Assembly (NCBI GenBank): GCA_044892525.1
Contig: JBJFYX010000274.1
Coordinates: 1-64,000 of the forward strand
Source of the DNA: Schmidtea polychroa
Taxonomy: Eukaryota
Length of the DNA stretch: 64,000 bases
Direction: 5' to 3'
Part shown: positions 61,421 to 64,000 of the stretch, in pieces
Layout: each line of letters opens with the position of its first letter
Position numbering within the stretch: position 1 is the stretch's first letter
Made by a program: the position numbers and the translations under genes
The notes under the pieces: model-generated
The model's database searches: none
Seen by the model: only the letters and a program-made list of their open reading frames with translations
Told to the model about the DNA's origin: nothing

Positions 61421-62182
61421 ATGCCACAAACTCGAGGAAATGTTTCTTGGATGACAAATAAACGAATCCAACCAGTTGAAAGGAAAATCCGAACTGAAAA
61501 TTTATCATTTCATCTGGAAAACCGAAGCATATCAAACCTCTCACTGAAACATTCGAATTCGATTCTTGATAAAAAATATCGTTCACAAGCTGATCTGGAT
61601 TTTCAGCTCCGTCAAGCTAGAAAAGAAGCAAACAATGTTTTCTTTCAGACAAAACTTATCACTGAAATGAGTGGACAATGGTCTATAATAATTAAAAATC
61701 GAAAATCTCTTATTGACGAATCAAACAAAGAAAAAATCCCAGAAAACCAAAATATTGACAATTCTTTTCAGCGTCCATTTCATAATGGAACTGTTTCCGC
61801 AAATCCTGTCAATCGAATTCCCAAAACAGACAATGATAAAAGACCGACAAAATCTGCTAAATTATCTCGAGAAAAATGTAAAAGTAAAGACGATTTGGAA
61901 ACATATTCAAGATCGTACAACTATTTAAGAAATCTCGTCGAAATCGACCATTTGACAAGAGATCGCTTTCAGAAATATTATGATTCCAAATTACTTGACA
62001 GAAAAGCGATACAAGAGAAAAACGAATTAATACTAAAAGATAAATTGAATGCTTTTTACAGCGGTGTTGATGAGTTTGTGAAAAAAAATAACAACAATTT
62101 TACATTCGATGAACAAAAACGAAAAGATCATAAATTTTTGGAAAGTTTACAAATGCCTGATTTTTCAATTTTATTACAGTGA
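61421..62182 (+). CDS. Hypothetical single-exon protein (253 aa)
   Basis: Long ORF in very AT-rich context, host-like codon usage, AATAAA downstream; no domain recognised. Confidence 0.65.
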   Translation: MPQTRGNVSWMTNKRIQPVERKIRTENLSFHLENRSISNLSLKHSNSILDKKYRSQADLDFQLRQARKEANNVFFQTKLITEMSGQWSIIIKNRKSLIDESNKEKIPENQNIDNSFQRPFHNGTVSANPVNRIPKTDNDKRPTKSAKLSREKCKSKDDLETYSRSYNYLRNLVEIDHLTRDRFQKYYDSKLLDRKAIQEKNELILKDKLNAFYSGVDEFVKKNNNNFTFDEQKRKDHKFLESLQMPDFSILLQ

Positions 62183-62475
62183 AAATAATAGTTTATATTA
62201 ATTTTATGTTTGTAATTTGAATTTTTCTTATAATCTGCACAAAAATATATTTTTTTTATATTGTAAAATAAATATATTTACTTGATTGCGGCTAAAAATT
62301 AAATTTTTATAACGACAAATAAATTTGTCATTTGGTATATTGACGAACAAGGTATCAAACTATTGAGGGTGCCGTAATCACTTGAAAAAAAATTAATTAA
62401 AAAAATATATTTTACAGTATAGCTTGACATATTTTTTATTTAACACATTCATTATACCTTATTTTCTGGCATACG

Positions 62476-63658
62476 CAGGCCCTAGGAGAGGCGGGGCCAG
62501 AGTGGCCCCAAAATTTAGGGGCCACAAATCTTCAAAATTTTATTTGAAAAAATTTTTTTGGAAACAAAAATTAATTTTTAAAAATTCAACAATTTGAAAA
62601 TGGACTAATGATATAACTTAAATCAGATTGATCTAAGATTAGGAATTCGTCATTTAAAATTGCTTGATCGTTATTAAAATCCACGAATAAGAGATTTTTA
62701 AAAATATTTTTAAGATTATTTTTAAAAATATCCGTTTATTAATGATATGATATTGGGGCCGCTAATTAAAACCCAACTAGCGTGGAATTCGAAAGAATAT
62801 TTTAAATTTCATTAAAATTTTTCTACTAAAAATATGAAATGAAATGGCTTGAAATATTTCGAAAATTTATCATTGAAGTTTTAAATTTAAAATTGTCGGT
62901 GTTAAACTGAATTAAAATTTGTTTATATTGTTTGTGCTTCTATTTGATAAAAATTAATTTCAATAAATTTTAATACTAAAAGAACAGAACAGAAGGTATG
63001 AAAAATTTTTTTCGATTGAAATATATCCCTTAATTTAATGAATATTATTTAATTTAGATGAAAAGACACAAGAGTGGAGCAGAATGATTTCAAGAATGAT
63101 TGAAATTTGTGATAATTTTAAATTCCTGTGGACCTTCAATAGCATTGATGAAGACATATTGCAAAATCAGTGCGACAAGATTAAAATTTAATTTTCGGAT
63201 GATATTTCAACAGATATTTTTTAAAAGCATTTACGCAACCAACTTCAAATCATCAAAGCCAAAAGAAGTGCTTAAATCTATTATTGAAATGAATTTGGAG
63301 TCAATTTTTCTAAATCTTGTAGTTGTATTAAGAATATTTTTGACAATCCCGGTTTCTGTAGCCGAGTCTGAACGTACGTTTTCAGCTCAAAAACGTATTA
63401 AGAATTTCTTGAGATCTACAATAGCACAAGAGCGGCTAAATGGATTAGCAACGCTGCATATTAATAACGATATTGCAAGAAACCTAAATATTTGTGAAAT
63501 AATTGATAAATTTGCAATTTCAAAAGCCCGTAAATCATTAATATAATAAAATTTGTTTTTATATTGTGTTGTCGCTAACTATATATATTTTTTAATTATA
63601 AAAAAGGGGCCCCAAAAAAATTTGGCTCCGGGCCCCGCACTCTCTCTCCTAGGCCCTG
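62476..63658 (+). mobile_element. Internally deleted hAT element retaining the C-terminal dimerisation domain
   Basis: TIR CAGG(C/G)CCTAGGAGAG; 8-bp TSD GGCATACG on both sides; ORF 63100-63546 with PVSVAESERTFSAQKRIKNFLRSTIAQERLNGLA. Confidence 0.93.
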
Positions 63659-64000
63659 GGCATACGTTGCTACATTTTTCTATATCAAGACAAGTGCGAC
63701 TAATACAAAACAGTGACTGATAAGATAAATTTTTTAACCAGCGAAATAACAGCGAAGTAACGATTGTGTGCGACTTTTATGATAATTTTTTAGACAAAAA
63801 AGGTTATTTACGCAGGTGCGTCTGATACCACGGTGCGACTTATAACTAGTGCTGTGTATACACTATAACAAGGAAAATAAGGTAATAAAAAATTAATAAA
63901 TTTTATTTAAACTTCTTTGTATTTCATTATCAATAGTCAAGGTATTATTAGGTAAGTCAAGAAAAATATTTATTAAATTCTTCTTTTTTAGTAAATTAGT

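Noticed and set aside
63821-63830. TCTGATACCA resembling a tRNA-Met primer-binding site
   Set aside because: No adjacent LTR end or retroelement ORF; the context looks like a DNA-transposon MITE end.

Overview
AT-rich eukaryotic (metazoan) DNA with 42-45 nt introns and dense transposon load; this fits a planarian-like flatworm, but the host is inferred. Positions 1 to about 12.4 kb form a compositionally foreign, intronless, virus-like gene cassette on the + strand. It encodes an ankyrin-repeat protein (frameshifted into a Cys-repeat membrane protein), a full-length TRAF (RING, 5 Zn fingers, coiled coil, MATH), three coiled-coil proteins and a small type I membrane protein whose tail is rich in host-docking motifs. 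A ~4.35 kb segment follows that has LTR-like ends (purine tract, TGTGAG...CTCACA, AATAAA) and carries one intact ORF plus decayed antisense ORFs. The best interpretation is the 3' cargo region and 3' LTR of a giant LTR retroelement, or another endogenous viral element, carrying a signalling-manipulation kit; no gag/pol or capsid gene lies in the window, so its class is unproven. The rest is host DNA: a clarin-family gene (3 exons), FANK1 (at least 6 exons, one 14.6 kb intron packed with Sola2-like and three hAT elements), a multi-RRM nucleolin-like gene and an orphan ORF. There are also Gypsy, Penelope, Tc1, Tigger, MULE and hAT relics and MITEs, several with verified TIRs and TSDs, and two assembly gaps. 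No rRNA, tRNA or CRISPR array was seen.
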